Source: Burkholderiales bacterium
GTDB lineage: Bacteria; Pseudomonadota; Gammaproteobacteria; Burkholderiales; SG8-39
Direction of reading: 5' to 3'
Assembly (NCBI GenBank): GCA_014860355.1
Contig: JACZJV010000131.1
Coordinates: forward strand, 1,203-65,202
Length of the DNA stretch: 64,000 nucleotides
The notes beneath the pieces are model-generated. The model did no database searches. It saw only the letters and a list, made by a program, of their open reading frames with translations, and was not told the DNA's origin. Shown here in pieces: positions 22,132 to 32,619 of the stretch (positions are counted from its first letter, which is position 1; each line of letters opens with the position of its first letter). A program made the position numbers and the translations under genes.

Positions 22132-23175
22132 ATGACGATAACAGTGCCCGATTTCGCGCAGCTCCCGCTCGTCGCCGGTATCGCGGTGTTCGTCGCGGCG
22201 GCCGCGCTGATCGGCGTTGCGGGCTGGCAGCTTGCTACAGTGGCCAACCGGATCGCCGAGCGCACCGGACTTGGTCAGGCATTGACCGGCGCGGTGTTCC
22301 TCGGCGCCAGCACTTCGCTCTCGGGTACCGTCACCTCTATCACCGCCGCCGCTGGGGGTCACCCGGAACTCGCCTTCGCCAATGCCATCGGCGGCATCTC
22401 GGCGCAAACGGCGTTCCTCGCGATCGCCGACATGACCTATGCGCGGGCCAACCTCGAGCATGCCGCGGCGTCCGTCGCCAATATCATGCAAGGCGCGCTG
22501 CTCGTGGTCATGCTCGGCATCATCCTCGCGGGCATGTCGGCCCCGCCGGTGAGCGTGTTCGGCATGCATCCGGTTTCGCTCGTGCTTCCCGTGGCTTACG
22601 TCTACGGCATGCGGCAGGTGTTGCGGGCGCACATGGCACCGATGTGGCGGCCGCAGCGCACCGCCGAGACGCGCGAAGACCGCCCCGCTGGCAGGCACGG
22701 CTACGGCGGCATGGCGAAGTTGTGGATCCGCTTTGCGGCGCTGTCGGCGACAGTGGGCAGTGCCGGCTGGCTGATCGCGAAGACCGGCGTGATTCTGGCG
22801 CAGCGCACCGGCCTTTCGGAAACGGGGGTGGGCGCGATATTCGCCGCGGTCTCCACTTCGCTTCCTGAACTCGTAACCTGCATCGCTGCGGTGCGCCAGG
22901 GCGCGCTTACCCTCGCGGTGGGCGACATTGTCGGCGGCAACGTGTTCGACACCCTGTTCGTGTCGCTCGCGGATGCGGCCTATCGGGATGGATCGATTCT
23001 GCATGCAGTCGGCTCGCGCGGCGTGTTCGTGACCGCGCTGCCGGTGCTGCTGACCGGGGTGTTGCTGATGGGGCTAATTCGCCGCGAGAAAAGCGGCATC
23101 GCCAACATCGGCTTCGAGAGCTTTTTCGTATTGCTGCTGTATTTCGCCGGCGCGGCGCTGATGCTCGCCTTCTGA
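22132..23175 (+). CDS. Sodium/calcium exchanger family (CaCA) membrane protein
   Basis: ATG at 22132. There are two internally repeated halves with alpha-repeat-like motifs (GAVFLGASTSLSGTVTS and GAIFAAVSTSLPELVTC). Confidence 0.8.
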   Translation: MTITVPDFAQLPLVAGIAVFVAAAALIGVAGWQLATVANRIAERTGLGQALTGAVFLGASTSLSGTVTSITAAAGGHPELAFANAIGGISAQTAFLAIADMTYARANLEHAAASVANIMQGALLVVMLGIILAGMSAPPVSVFGMHPVSLVLPVAYVYGMRQVLRAHMAPMWRPQRTAETREDRPAGRHGYGGMAKLWIRFAALSATVGSAGWLIAKTGVILAQRTGLSETGVGAIFAAVSTSLPELVTCIAAVRQGALTLAVGDIVGGNVFDTLFVSLADAAYRDGSILHAVGSRGVFVTALPVLLTGVLLMGLIRREKSGIANIGFESFFVLLLYFAGAALMLAF

Positions 23176-23253
23176 AGCGGACCGCTTGCGAAATGGACGG
23201 CGTTTGCGGGGCGGGCGGATCAAGCCCGCGCCGCGGCTTGGCTGCGCCCGTAG

Positions 23254-23440
23254 TATAATTTGCGCTCTGCACAGAACCTGGCGCGCGCGCGAAAACAGCG
23301 CATACGCCCGATCGTGCGCTATGTGCGATAGCGCAAATTCCCTTGAGTCCGTTGCCATATGCAATTCCGCGACGGGCCGGTTTGGGGGAGCATGAGGGGA
23401 GGCATCCCCTCGTTTTGTCACAGATTCTAAGGCGTCGAAC
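23254..23440 (+). promoter_or_regulatory. Candidate promoter plus structured leader upstream of glgX
   Basis: A perfect TATAAT lies at 23254-23259. A 10-bp inverted repeat AATTTGCGCT (23257-66) / AGCGCAAATT (23330-39) is present. A competing hairpin GCGCTAT-5nt-ATAGCGC lies at 23316-23334. A terminator-like hairpin GAGGGG-aggcat-CCCCTC followed by GTTTTG lies at 23394-23417. Confidence 0.3.
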
Positions 23441-25564
23441 ATGAACCCCATTACTGCCGTCTGGCCCGGCCGTCCGAATCCCCGTGGGGCGATCTGGGAC
23501 GGCGAAGGCGTCAACTTCGCGCTGTTCTCCGAGCATGCTACGAAGGTCGAGCTGTGCGTGTTCGACGACCTGGGGCGGCGCGAGATCCAGCGCATCGAGC
23601 TGCGCGAGCAGACCGACCTGGTCTGGCATTGCTACCTGCCCGAAGCGCGTCCGGGCATGCTCTACGGCTATCGCGTCCACGGCCCGTACAAGCCCGAGGA
23701 AGGACAGCGCTTCAATCCGAACAAGCTGCTGCTCGACCCGTATGCGCGCAACATCGACGGCAACGTGCGCTGGAGCGACGCGCTGTTCGGCTACACCATC
23801 GGCGGCAAGCGCGAGGACCTGTCGTTCGACCGGCGCGACAGCGCGCGTGGCATGCCCAAATGCAAGGTGATCGACCCGGCGTTCACCTGGGGCGAGGACC
23901 GGCGCCCGAACGTGCCCTGGAACGACATGATCATCTACGAGGCGCATGTGCGCGGATTCACCATGCGCAACGAGGCGATTCCGCCGGCGATGCGAGGCAC
24001 CTACGCGGGACTGGCCAGCGCCCCGTCGATCGAATACCTCAAACGCCTGGGCGTCACCACGGTGGAATTGATGCCGGTGCACGCCTATGTCGACGACCGC
24101 TACCTGGTCGAGCGCGGCCTGACCAACTACTGGGGCTACAACACCATCGGCTATTTCGCGCCGGAGCGGCACTACTCCGCCTCGGGCAAGGTGGCCGAAT
24201 TCAAGACCATGGTGAAGACCCTGCATTCCGCAGGGCTGGAAGTCATACTCGACGTGGTCTACAACCACACCGCCGAAGGCAACCACCTCGGTCCGACGCT
24301 GTCGTTTCGCGGCGTGGACAACGCTTCCTACTACCGCCTGACGCCGGAGAACCGGCGCTACTACGCGGACTATACCGGCTGCGGCAACACGCTGAACATG
24401 GTGCACCCGCGCGTGCTGCAGATGATCATGGACTCCCTGCGCTACTGGGTGACCGAGATGCACGTCGACGGCTTCCGCTTCGACCTCGCCTCGGCGCTTG
24501 CGCGCGAGTTGCACGAGGTGGACCGGCTGGGCGCGCTTTTCGACATCCTGCGCCAGGACCCGGTGTTGAGCGAGGTGAAACTCATCGCCGAGCCCTGGGA
24601 TCTCGGGGAAGGCGGCTATCAGGTGGGCAATTTTCCGGTCGGCTGGTCCGAATGGAACGACAAGTACCGCGACACCATGCGCGCCTACTGGAAAGGCGAC
24701 GGCGGCCTCATCGGCGAATTTGCGCAACGCATCACCGGCTCCAGCGATCTGTACGGACACGGCGGCCGCCGCCCGCATGCGAGCATCAACTTCGTCAGCG
24801 CCCACGACGGCTTCACGCTGAAGGATGTCGTTTCCTACAACGACAAGCACAACGACGCCAACCAGGAGGGCGGCCGCGACGGTCACGACAACAATCTGTC
24901 GTGGAATTGCGGCGCTGAAGGCCCCACGAACGACCCCGCGGTGCGCGCGTTGCGCGCGCGCCAGCAGCGCAATATGCTCGCCACGCTGTTCTTGTCCCAG
25001 GGCGTGCCGATGCTGCTCGCCGGAGACGAGATCGACCGCAGCCAGCAGGGCAATAACAACGCCTACTGCCAGGACAACGAGACCTCCTGGATCGACTGGA
25101 CGCAGAGCGACGAAAGCAACAAGTTGCTCGCGTTCACGCAGCGCGTCATCGCCTTGCGTCGCGCACACCCGGTGTTCCGGCGGCGCGACTTCTACAAGGG
25201 GCATCCGGTACGCGGCCTGGGCGTGAAGGACATCGCCTGGCTGCGCCCCGAAGGCGGCGAAATGACCGACGACGAGTGGAACCAGCACTTCGCGCGCTGC
25301 CTCGGCGTGTACCTGGCCGGCGAAGCGCTGACCGAAACCGATGAGCGCGGCAGACCGGTGCGCGACCGCAATTTCATGGTGCTGTTCAACGCGCATCACG
25401 AACCGATCCCGTTCAAGCTGCCCGAATACGCCGGCGCGCGCTGGCGCGCGATACTGGACACCGCCTACGAGGACGGGCTCGCAGTCGACGGGCTGTTCAA
25501 TGCCGGCGTCGAGTACGACCTTCAGGGCCGCTCGCTCGTGCTGCTGCAGCAGGTGGCCGCGTGA
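23441..25564 (+). CDS. glgX: Glycogen debranching enzyme GlgX/TreX
   Basis: 707 aa. The N-terminus (PRGAIWDGEGVNFALFSEHATKVELCVFD) and GH13 motifs (VILDVVYNHT, GFRFDLAS, IAEPWD, FVSAHDGFTL) are typical of GlgX. Confidence 0.92.
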   Translation: MNPITAVWPGRPNPRGAIWDGEGVNFALFSEHATKVELCVFDDLGRREIQRIELREQTDLVWHCYLPEARPGMLYGYRVHGPYKPEEGQRFNPNKLLLDPYARNIDGNVRWSDALFGYTIGGKREDLSFDRRDSARGMPKCKVIDPAFTWGEDRRPNVPWNDMIIYEAHVRGFTMRNEAIPPAMRGTYAGLASAPSIEYLKRLGVTTVELMPVHAYVDDRYLVERGLTNYWGYNTIGYFAPERHYSASGKVAEFKTMVKTLHSAGLEVILDVVYNHTAEGNHLGPTLSFRGVDNASYYRLTPENRRYYADYTGCGNTLNMVHPRVLQMIMDSLRYWVTEMHVDGFRFDLASALARELHEVDRLGALFDILRQDPVLSEVKLIAEPWDLGEGGYQVGNFPVGWSEWNDKYRDTMRAYWKGDGGLIGEFAQRITGSSDLYGHGGRRPHASINFVSAHDGFTLKDVVSYNDKHNDANQEGGRDGHDNNLSWNCGAEGPTNDPAVRALRARQQRNMLATLFLSQGVPMLLAGDEIDRSQQGNNNAYCQDNETSWIDWTQSDESNKLLAFTQRVIALRRAHPVFRRRDFYKGHPVRGLGVKDIAWLRPEGGEMTDDEWNQHFARCLGVYLAGEALTETDERGRPVRDRNFMVLFNAHHEPIPFKLPEYAGARWRAILDTAYEDGLAVDGLFNAGVEYDLQGRSLVLLQQVAA

Positions 25565-25616
25565 TGCGCGCCGCCGCGCCGAAGCGGGTGATGCCGGGGT
25601 GAAGCACCGCCATGCG

Positions 25617-27437
25617 ATGCCCTTCGGGGCGCAAGTGTCAGGCGAGGGCGGGACGCGCTTTCGCCTCTGGGCCCCCGGCGCGAAACGGCTGACGCTGGAG
25701 ATCGGGGCCGCTCCGGCGCAATCGGGCACGGCCATGACGGCGCTGGAGCAGGGCTGGTTCGAGGCTGTACTGCCCGACGCGCCCGCGGGCACGCGCTATG
25801 CGTATCGGCTAGGCGATACCAGCTTCCCCGATCCGGCCTCGCGCTGCAACCCGGACGACGTGCACGGCGCGAGCATGGTGGTCGATGCGCACGCGTTCGA
25901 CTGGAAAGACGGCGCCTGGAGCGGCCGCGCCTGGGAAGAGGCGGTGATCTACGAACTGCACATCGGCACGTTTACGCCGGAAGGGACGTTTGCCGCGGCG
26001 ATCGGCAAGCTCGACTATCTCGCCGGTCTGGGCGTCACCGCGCTGGAGATCATGCCCGTGGCCGACTTCCCCGGCCGGCGCAACTGGGGATACGACGGCG
26101 TGCTCCCGTTCGCGCCGGATGCGGCCTACGGCAGGCCGGAAGATCTGAAGCGCCTCGTCGAGCAGGCGCACCTGCGCGGGCTGATGGTGTTTCTCGACGT
26201 GGTGTACAACCATTTCGGGCCGGAGGGCAACTACCTCAACGCCTACGCGCCGCAGTTCTTCAATGCCGGACATCACACGCCCTGGGGCGCGGCGATCAAT
26301 TTCGACGCCGAGGGCTCGCGCAACGTGCGCGACTTCTTCGTGCACAACGCCCTCTACTGGATAGAGGAATACCGTTTCGACGGGCTGCGCCTGGATGCGG
26401 TGCACGCGATTGCGGACGATACCGAGCCCGACATCGTGAGCGAGATCGCGCGCGCGCTGCGCGCCGGCCCGGGGCGCGGGCGGCAGGTCCATTTGATTCT
26501 CGAGAACGACCGCAACCAGGCGCGCTACCTCGAACGCGACCAGGCGGGGCGGGCGCTGCAGGCGAGCGCGCAGTGGAACGACGACATCCACCACGCTTTG
26601 CATATCCTGAGCACGGGGGAACGCGACGGCTATTACGAGGATTACGCCGGGCGGCCGCTGTGGTATCTCGGGCGCACGCTCGCCGAAGGCTACGCCTATC
26701 AGGGCGAGCCTTCTGCCCACCGCGGCGGCGCCGCGCGCGGCGAGCCCAGTGCGCATCTGCCGGCGACGGCCTTCATATCCTTCCTGCAGACCCATGACCA
26801 GGTCGGCAACCGCGCGCTGGGCGAGCGCTTGTGCGCCATCGCGCAGCCGCAGGCACTGCGCGCCGCAACGGTCTGCCTGCTGCTTGCGCCCTCGCCGCCG
26901 CTGCTGTTCATGGGGGAGGAGTTCGCGGCGAGCACCCCGTTTCAGTTTTTCTGCGATTTCGGGCCGGAGCTCGCCGCGGCGGTGACGCGCGGGCGGCGCC
27001 AGGAATTCGCGCGCTTCGCGCGCTTTTCCGACCCCGCGGCGCAGGCGGCGATTCCCGATCCGAACGACCCCGCGACGTTTGCCGCGTCCAAGCTGCGCTG
27101 GGACGAGATCGGGCGCGCGCCGCATGGCGAATCGCTCGCGCTGCACCGCGAGCTGCTCGCGCTGCGCCATCAGCTGATCGTGCCGCGTCTGCGCGGCATG
27201 CGATCCGGCGGAACCTTCCGCATTGAACACGGCAGCGTGCTGCGCGTGCAATGGAGCCTAGGCGCAGGCGCGGTGCTGCATCTGGTCGCGAATTTCGCGG
27301 CGCGCGCGAGCGCCGCGGTGAGCATGCCGCCCGGGGATGTCGTCTACGCCTACCCGCCGCAGGGCAAAGGTCGCGCCGGAGCGCGCGAGCTTGCGCCCTG
27401 GTTCGTGGAGTATGCATTGGAGACTGCGCATGGCTGA
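25617..27437 (+). CDS. treZ: Malto-oligosyltrehalose trehalohydrolase
   Basis: The start is ATG 25617, with GTG 25599 as an alternative. Motifs: TRFRLWAP, WGYDGVLPFAP, VFLDVVYNHFGPEGNY, GLRLDAVHAI, FLQTHDQVGNR. Confidence 0.88.
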   Translation: MPFGAQVSGEGGTRFRLWAPGAKRLTLEIGAAPAQSGTAMTALEQGWFEAVLPDAPAGTRYAYRLGDTSFPDPASRCNPDDVHGASMVVDAHAFDWKDGAWSGRAWEEAVIYELHIGTFTPEGTFAAAIGKLDYLAGLGVTALEIMPVADFPGRRNWGYDGVLPFAPDAAYGRPEDLKRLVEQAHLRGLMVFLDVVYNHFGPEGNYLNAYAPQFFNAGHHTPWGAAINFDAEGSRNVRDFFVHNALYWIEEYRFDGLRLDAVHAIADDTEPDIVSEIARALRAGPGRGRQVHLILENDRNQARYLERDQAGRALQASAQWNDDIHHALHILSTGERDGYYEDYAGRPLWYLGRTLAEGYAYQGEPSAHRGGAARGEPSAHLPATAFISFLQTHDQVGNRALGERLCAIAQPQALRAATVCLLLAPSPPLLFMGEEFAASTPFQFFCDFGPELAAAVTRGRRQEFARFARFSDPAAQAAIPDPNDPATFAASKLRWDEIGRAPHGESLALHRELLALRHQLIVPRLRGMRSGGTFRIEHGSVLRVQWSLGAGAVLHLVANFAARASAAVSMPPGDVVYAYPPQGKGRAGARELAPWFVEYALETAHG

Positions 27438-30400
27438 GCGCGCAGCACTGGAACGCCTGGGCAGGATCCACCAGATCGCCCCGGATTATTACGATGTCTG
27501 GGGCAATCGCCACGAGGTTTCGGGCGCAAGCCTGGCCGCGCTGCTCGCCGCGCTGGGTGTGCGCGCGGGCACGCCGCAGGAAGTGGAGGACTCGATACGC
27601 TCGACCGAGTCCGCCCGCTGGCGCGCCGTGCTGCCGCCGGCGCTGGTGCTGCGCGTAGAGGCTGCGCCCTGGACCATCCGCTTGAACCTGCCGGCGGCAG
27701 AGGCGAAGTCGGCGCTGATCTGGCGGCTCACGGAAGAGAACGGCGCACGCCGCGAGGGTGCGCTGCACCCCGCCTCGATCGAAGTCGCCGAATCCGCAGA
27801 AGTGAACGGCGAGCGCTACCTTGCGCGCGATTTCACATTGCCGGTCGCGACGCCCTGCGGATACCATCGGCTCGGGATCCTGCGCGATGGCGCCATGCTG
27901 GGCGAAACGTCATTCATCGTCGTCCCCGCGCGCAGCTTCCGCCCCTGCGCGGTGGAGAACGACGGCCGCATCTGGGGCGCGGCGGCGCAGCTCTACGCGG
28001 TGCGTTCGGAGCGCAACTGGGGTGTCGGCGATTTCACCGACCTGGCGACGCTGCTGGCGCAATGGGGCGCGCGCGGCGCGGGCATCGTCGGAGTCAATCC
28101 GCTGCACGCGCTGTTTCCCCACAACCCGGAACACGCGAGCCCTTACAGCCCGTCCTCGCGCTGCTTCGTCAACGTGCTCTACCTGGACGTGGAAGCGGTC
28201 CCGGATTTCAGCGAGTGCGAGGAGGCGCACACATATGCGCGCGCGCCCGCGTTCCAGTCGCGCCTGAAGGCGCTGCGCGACGCGGATCTGGTGGACTACG
28301 CCGGCGTCGCCGAAGTCAAGCTGCCGCTGCTCGAGCGCTGTTATGCGCATTTTCGCAATCGGCACCTCGCGTTCAACACGCCGCGCGCGCAGGCCTTCCG
28401 CGCCTATCAGGCCGCGTACTCGCCCGCGCTCAGGCGGCATGCATTGTTCGAAGCGCTGCAGGAGCAGTTCCATCGCGAGGACCCGCAGGTCTGGGGCTGG
28501 CCGGTGTGGCCGCAAGCCTATCGTGATCCGGCGGCGCCCGAAGTCGCCAGGTTCGCCGAATCCAGGGCCGAGCGCGTCGAGTTCTACGAGTATCTGCAAT
28601 GGCAGGCCGAGCTGCAGCTCGAAGCCGTCGGCCGGCGCTCGATGGACATCGGTTTGGGCGTCGGACTGTACCAGGACCTTGCGGTTTCGGTAGACCGTGG
28701 CGGCGCCGAGGCCTGGGCGAACCAGAACCTGTACGCCATCGCGGCGAGCGTCGGCGCCCCGCCCGACGATTTCAACCTGCGCGGCCAGGACTGGGGGCTG
28801 CCGCCGCTCGCGCCCGAGCGGCTGCGCGCTGCGGCCTATGCGCCTTTCATCGCCACCCTGCGAGCCAATATGCGCCATTCGGGCGCGCTGCGCATCGATC
28901 ATGTGATGGCGCTCGCGCGGCTGTACTGGGTGCCGCAGGGCGGCGAGCCGCGCGAGGGCGCCTATGTGTACTATCCGTTCGAAGACCTGGTCGGCATCGT
29001 CGCGCTCGAAAGCCATCGCAACCGCTGCATGGTCATCGGTGAAGACCTGGGCACGGTGCCCGACGATGTGCGCGCAACGCTCGCCCGCGTCGGCATACTT
29101 TCCTATCGCGTGCTGTTTTTCGAGCGGCAGCAATCGGGCGAATTCAAGGCTCCGGCCGAATATCCGGCAGACGCCCTGGTCACGGCGGCGACCCACGATC
29201 TGCCCACGCTCGCCGCCTACTGGGAGGGGCGCGACCTGGCGCTGCGCCACGAGCTAGGACTGTTTCCGACCACCGAAGCGCACCAGGGGCAGGTACTCGG
29301 GCGCGCGCAGGACCGCGCGCGGCTGTTGCTCGCACTGGAGCGCGAAGGGCTGCTGCCCGAGGGCGTCAGCGTGGACCCCCAGTCGCTGCCGGAAATGAGC
29401 GCCGCACTGCTGCGCCAGCTGCATGCGTTCCTGGCCCGCTGCCCCGCGCGCGTGCTGGTGGTTCAGCTCGAGGACGTGCTCGGCGCGCGCGAGCAGGTAA
29501 ACCTGCCCGGCACCACCGGCGAGTACCCCAATTGGCGGCGCAAACTGTCGCTCGCACTGGAGCGCTGGCCCGAGGACGAGCGCTACACCGGGCTCGCGCG
29601 CGTGGTGTCCGCCCTGCGCCCGCAGGCACAGCCCAAGCGTGCGCAGGGCGCATCGGCCGAAGCGAAGGTTCCGCGCGCGACCTATCGCCTGCAGCTCAAC
29701 CGCGATTTCACCTTTGCCGACGCCGCCCGGCTGGTGCCCTATCTGGACGCCCTCGGCGTGAGCCATGTCTATTGTTCGCCCTACCTGCGCGCGCGCCCGG
29801 ACAGCACGCATGGCTACGACATCACCGATCACAACGCGTTCAATCCGGATCTGGGCGGCGCGCAAGGCTTCGAGCGCCTGTGCGAGGAACTGCGCATCCG
29901 CGGCATGGGCCAGATCCTCGACATGGTGCCGAACCACATGGGCGTCATGGGCGCGGACAACGAGTGGTGGATGGACGTGCTCGAGAACGGCCCGGCTTCC
30001 GCGTTCGGAGAATACTTCGACATCGACTGGCAGCCGGTCAACCCGGAGCTGGTGAACAGGGTGCTGGTCCCGGTGCTGGGCGACCACTACGGGGTGGTCC
30101 TCGAGGCGGCCGAATTCAGGCTGGCCTTCGAGGCCGAGCGCGGATCGTTCAGCGTGTTCTATCACGAGCACCGCTTTCCGGTCGATCCGCGCGATTACCC
30201 GCGCATACTCGAGCGCGCGCTGCACTCGCTCGAAGGCACGCGCGTGGCGCAGGAGGCGATGCTCGAGGCGGCGAGCCTTGCGGCGGCGTTCGCACACCTG
30301 CCCTCGCGCAGCGAAACCGCGCCGGAAAAGACCGCAGAGCGCAACCGGGACAAGGAACTGCACAAACGCAGGCTGGCGCAACTCGTGCGTGCGCACCCGG

Positions 30401-32619
30401 CGCTGGCCGAGGCGATAGAGCACGCGGTGCGCGCGCTGAACGGAACGCCAGGGCAGCGCGCGAGCTTCGATGCGCTGGACGCGTTGCTCGAGGCGCAGGC
30501 CTACCGGCTCGCCTTCTGGCGCGTGGCTTCCGACGAGATCAACTACCGGCGCTTTTTCGACATCAACGATCTCGCCGCGCTGCGCATGGAAAACGAAGCG
30601 GTATTCAAGGCCACCCACGATTTCGTGCTCGGCCTGGCCGCCCAGGGCAAGGTGGACGGCCTGCGCATCGACCATTGCGACGGCCTGTACGATCCGGCGC
30701 AGTATTTCCTGCGGCTGCAGGAGCATTACGCGCGCATCGCAGGGCTCGATTCCCCGCAGGTCGATGCAGACGGCAGGCCGGCGCGGCCGCTTTATGTGGT
30801 GGTGGAGAAAATAGCCGCGTCGCACGAACACGTACCCACCGCCTGGGCGGTGCACGGCACCACCGGGTACCGGTTTACGACGGTGGTCAACGCGCTGTTC
30901 GTCGACCGCCTCGCGCGCGCCAAGCTCGACCGCGTCTGGCGCGCGTTCTCCGGGGAGAGCGTCGATTTCGACGAAGCCGCCTACCGCGGCAAGCGCGACA
31001 TGACGCGCTCCGCGCTCGCCTCCGAGCTGACCGTGCTCGCGACCGAGCTGCTGCGCATCGCGCGCGCCGACCGGCGCACGCGCGATTACACCTTCAACAC
31101 GCTGCGCCGGGCGATAGCCGAGGCTGCATCCTGCTTCCCCGTCTACCGCACTTACGTCGCCGAAGGCCTCACCGCGCAGGACCGGCGCTACATAGACTGG
31201 GCCGTCGCCCGTGCGCGCAAGCGGGTGCGCGCGGCAGATGCGACCGTCTTCGACTTCCTGCGCCTCGCCCTGCTCGCAAGCGCGCCGGAGGAAGCGACAC
31301 CCGAGCTCAAGGAGCGCTACCGCGCGTTCGCGATGAAATTCCAGCAGTTCACCTCGCCCGTTGCGGCCAAGGGCGTGGAGGACACTTCTTTTTACAACTT
31401 CAACCGGCTGGTCTCGCTGAACGAGGTGGGCGGCGACCCCGACATGTTCGGCATGACGGTGTCGGCTTTCCACGGCGCGAGCGCTGACCGCGCCGCGCGC
31501 TGGCCGCATACCATGCTCGCGACGTCGACCCACGACAACAAGCGCGCAGAGGATGTGCGCTGCCGCATCGACGTGCTTTCGGAAATGCCTGCCGCATGGC
31601 GGCTGGCGCTGCGCCGCTGGAGCCGCATGAACGCCAGCCAGCGGCGCACGGTCGACGGGGCCGGCGCACCTTCGCGCAACGACGAGTATCTGCTGTACCA
31701 GACCCTGCTCGGCACATTTCCGGATGAGCCGATGGACGCGGCTGCGCTCGACGTCTATCGTGAGCGCATCAAGTCCTACATGCTCAAGGCCGCGCGCGAA
31801 GCCAAACGGCATACGAGCTGGGTCAACGCGAACGCGGAATACGAGGAGGCGCTGGCCGGATTCGTGCGCGCGCTGCTCGGGCGGCCGGAGGCCAATCTAT
31901 TTCTGGACGACCTTCGCCTTCAGGCTGCGCCCATCACCTGGTTCGGCGTGCTCAACAGTCTGTCGATGGCCCTGGTGAAACTGACTTCGCCCGGCGCCCC
32001 GGATTTCTACCAGGGGTGCGAACTCATCGATCTGAGCCTGGTCGATCCGGACAACCGCCGGCCGGTGGACTACGCCCGCCGCCGCGCGCTGCTCGAGGAA
32101 CTGCAGGGCGTCGCCGCGGCGCCTGCGCAGGAGCTGGCGGCCGGCGTACGTCGCTTTTTCGATCATCCTTCCGACGGCCGCGCCAAGTTCTGGCTGATCT
32201 GGCGCACGCTGCAGTTCCGCCGCGAGCACGCCGAGCTGTTTCGCAAGGGCGACTACCATCCGGTCGCGGTTTGCGGCGGGCGTTCCCGCAACGCCCTGGC
32301 CTACGCGCGCCGCCTGGGCGGCCGCGGCATCGTAGCCGTCGTCGCAAGGCTGTTCGCGTCGATGGGTCTGGAACAGGGCAGGCTGCCCGTGGGGCAAGCA
32401 GCATGGGGCGACACGGTGCTCGACCTGGCGTTTCTGCCTGGGGGTACGCGCCTGACGAATGTCCTGACCGGCGAATCCCTGGAGATGGACGCATCCGGCC
32501 GCCTCCCGCTTTCGCGCGCGATGGCAGACTTCCCGGGTGCATTGCTCGCCTACGAGGCGCCGGCAGCGGCGCCGCATTCCGATCAAAAAGGAGAAATCGA
32601 TGGAACAGCTGCTCAATAG
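27430..32619 (+). CDS. Single-ORF fusion of 4-alpha-glucanotransferase (MalQ) and malto-oligosyltrehalose synthase (TreY)
   Basis: ATG 27430 overlaps the treZ stop (ATGGCTGA). The MalQ part runs to ...PGTTGEYPNWRRKLSLALERW. A ~15-aa linker (QAQPKRAQGASAEAK) follows. TreY then begins VPRATYRLQLNRDFTF...HVYCSPYLRARPDSTHGYD. There is no stop or plausible internal start at the junction (~29620-29670). Confidence 0.88.
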   Translation: MAERAALERLGRIHQIAPDYYDVWGNRHEVSGASLAALLAALGVRAGTPQEVEDSIRSTESARWRAVLPPALVLRVEAAPWTIRLNLPAAEAKSALIWRLTEENGARREGALHPASIEVAESAEVNGERYLARDFTLPVATPCGYHRLGILRDGAMLGETSFIVVPARSFRPCAVENDGRIWGAAAQLYAVRSERNWGVGDFTDLATLLAQWGARGAGIVGVNPLHALFPHNPEHASPYSPSSRCFVNVLYLDVEAVPDFSECEEAHTYARAPAFQSRLKALRDADLVDYAGVAEVKLPLLERCYAHFRNRHLAFNTPRAQAFRAYQAAYSPALRRHALFEALQEQFHREDPQVWGWPVWPQAYRDPAAPEVARFAESRAERVEFYEYLQWQAELQLEAVGRRSMDIGLGVGLYQDLAVSVDRGGAEAWANQNLYAIAASVGAPPDDFNLRGQDWGLPPLAPERLRAAAYAPFIATLRANMRHSGALRIDHVMALARLYWVPQGGEPREGAYVYYPFEDLVGIVALESHRNRCMVIGEDLGTVPDDVRATLARVGILSYRVLFFERQQSGEFKAPAEYPADALVTAATHDLPTLAAYWEGRDLALRHELGLFPTTEAHQGQVLGRAQDRARLLLALEREGLLPEGVSVDPQSLPEMSAALLRQLHAFLARCPARVLVVQLEDVLGAREQVNLPGTTGEYPNWRRKLSLALERWPEDERYTGLARVVSALRPQAQPKRAQGASAEAKVPRATYRLQLNRDFTFADAARLVPYLDALGVSHVYCSPYLRARPDSTHGYDITDHNAFNPDLGGAQGFERLCEELRIRGMGQILDMVPNHMGVMGADNEWWMDVLENGPASAFGEYFDIDWQPVNPELVNRVLVPVLGDHYGVVLEAAEFRLAFEAERGSFSVFYHEHRFPVDPRDYPRILERALHSLEGTRVAQEAMLEAASLAAAFAHLPSRSETAPEKTAERNRDKELHKRRLAQLVRAHPALAEAIEHAVRALNGTPGQRASFDALDALLEAQAYRLAFWRVASDEINYRRFFDINDLAALRMENEAVFKATHDFVLGLAAQGKVDGLRIDHCDGLYDPAQYFLRLQEHYARIAGLDSPQVDADGRPARPLYVVVEKIAASHEHVPTAWAVHGTTGYRFTTVVNALFVDRLARAKLDRVWRAFSGESVDFDEAAYRGKRDMTRSALASELTVLATELLRIARADRRTRDYTFNTLRRAIAEAASCFPVYRTYVAEGLTAQDRRYIDWAVARARKRVRAADATVFDFLRLALLASAPEEATPELKERYRAFAMKFQQFTSPVAAKGVEDTSFYNFNRLVSLNEVGGDPDMFGMTVSAFHGASADRAARWPHTMLATSTHDNKRAEDVRCRIDVLSEMPAAWRLALRRWSRMNASQRRTVDGAGAPSRNDEYLLYQTLLGTFPDEPMDAAALDVYRERIKSYMLKAAREAKRHTSWVNANAEYEEALAGFVRALLGRPEANLFLDDLRLQAAPITWFGVLNSLSMALVKLTSPGAPDFYQGCELIDLSLVDPDNRRPVDYARRRALLEELQGVAAAPAQELAAGVRRFFDHPSDGRAKFWLIWRTLQFRREHAELFRKGDYHPVAVCGGRSRNALAYARRLGGRGIVAVVARLFASMGLEQGRLPVGQAAWGDTVLDLAFLPGGTRLTNVLTGESLEMDASGRLPLSRAMADFPGALLAYEAPAAAPHSDQKGEIDGTAAQ

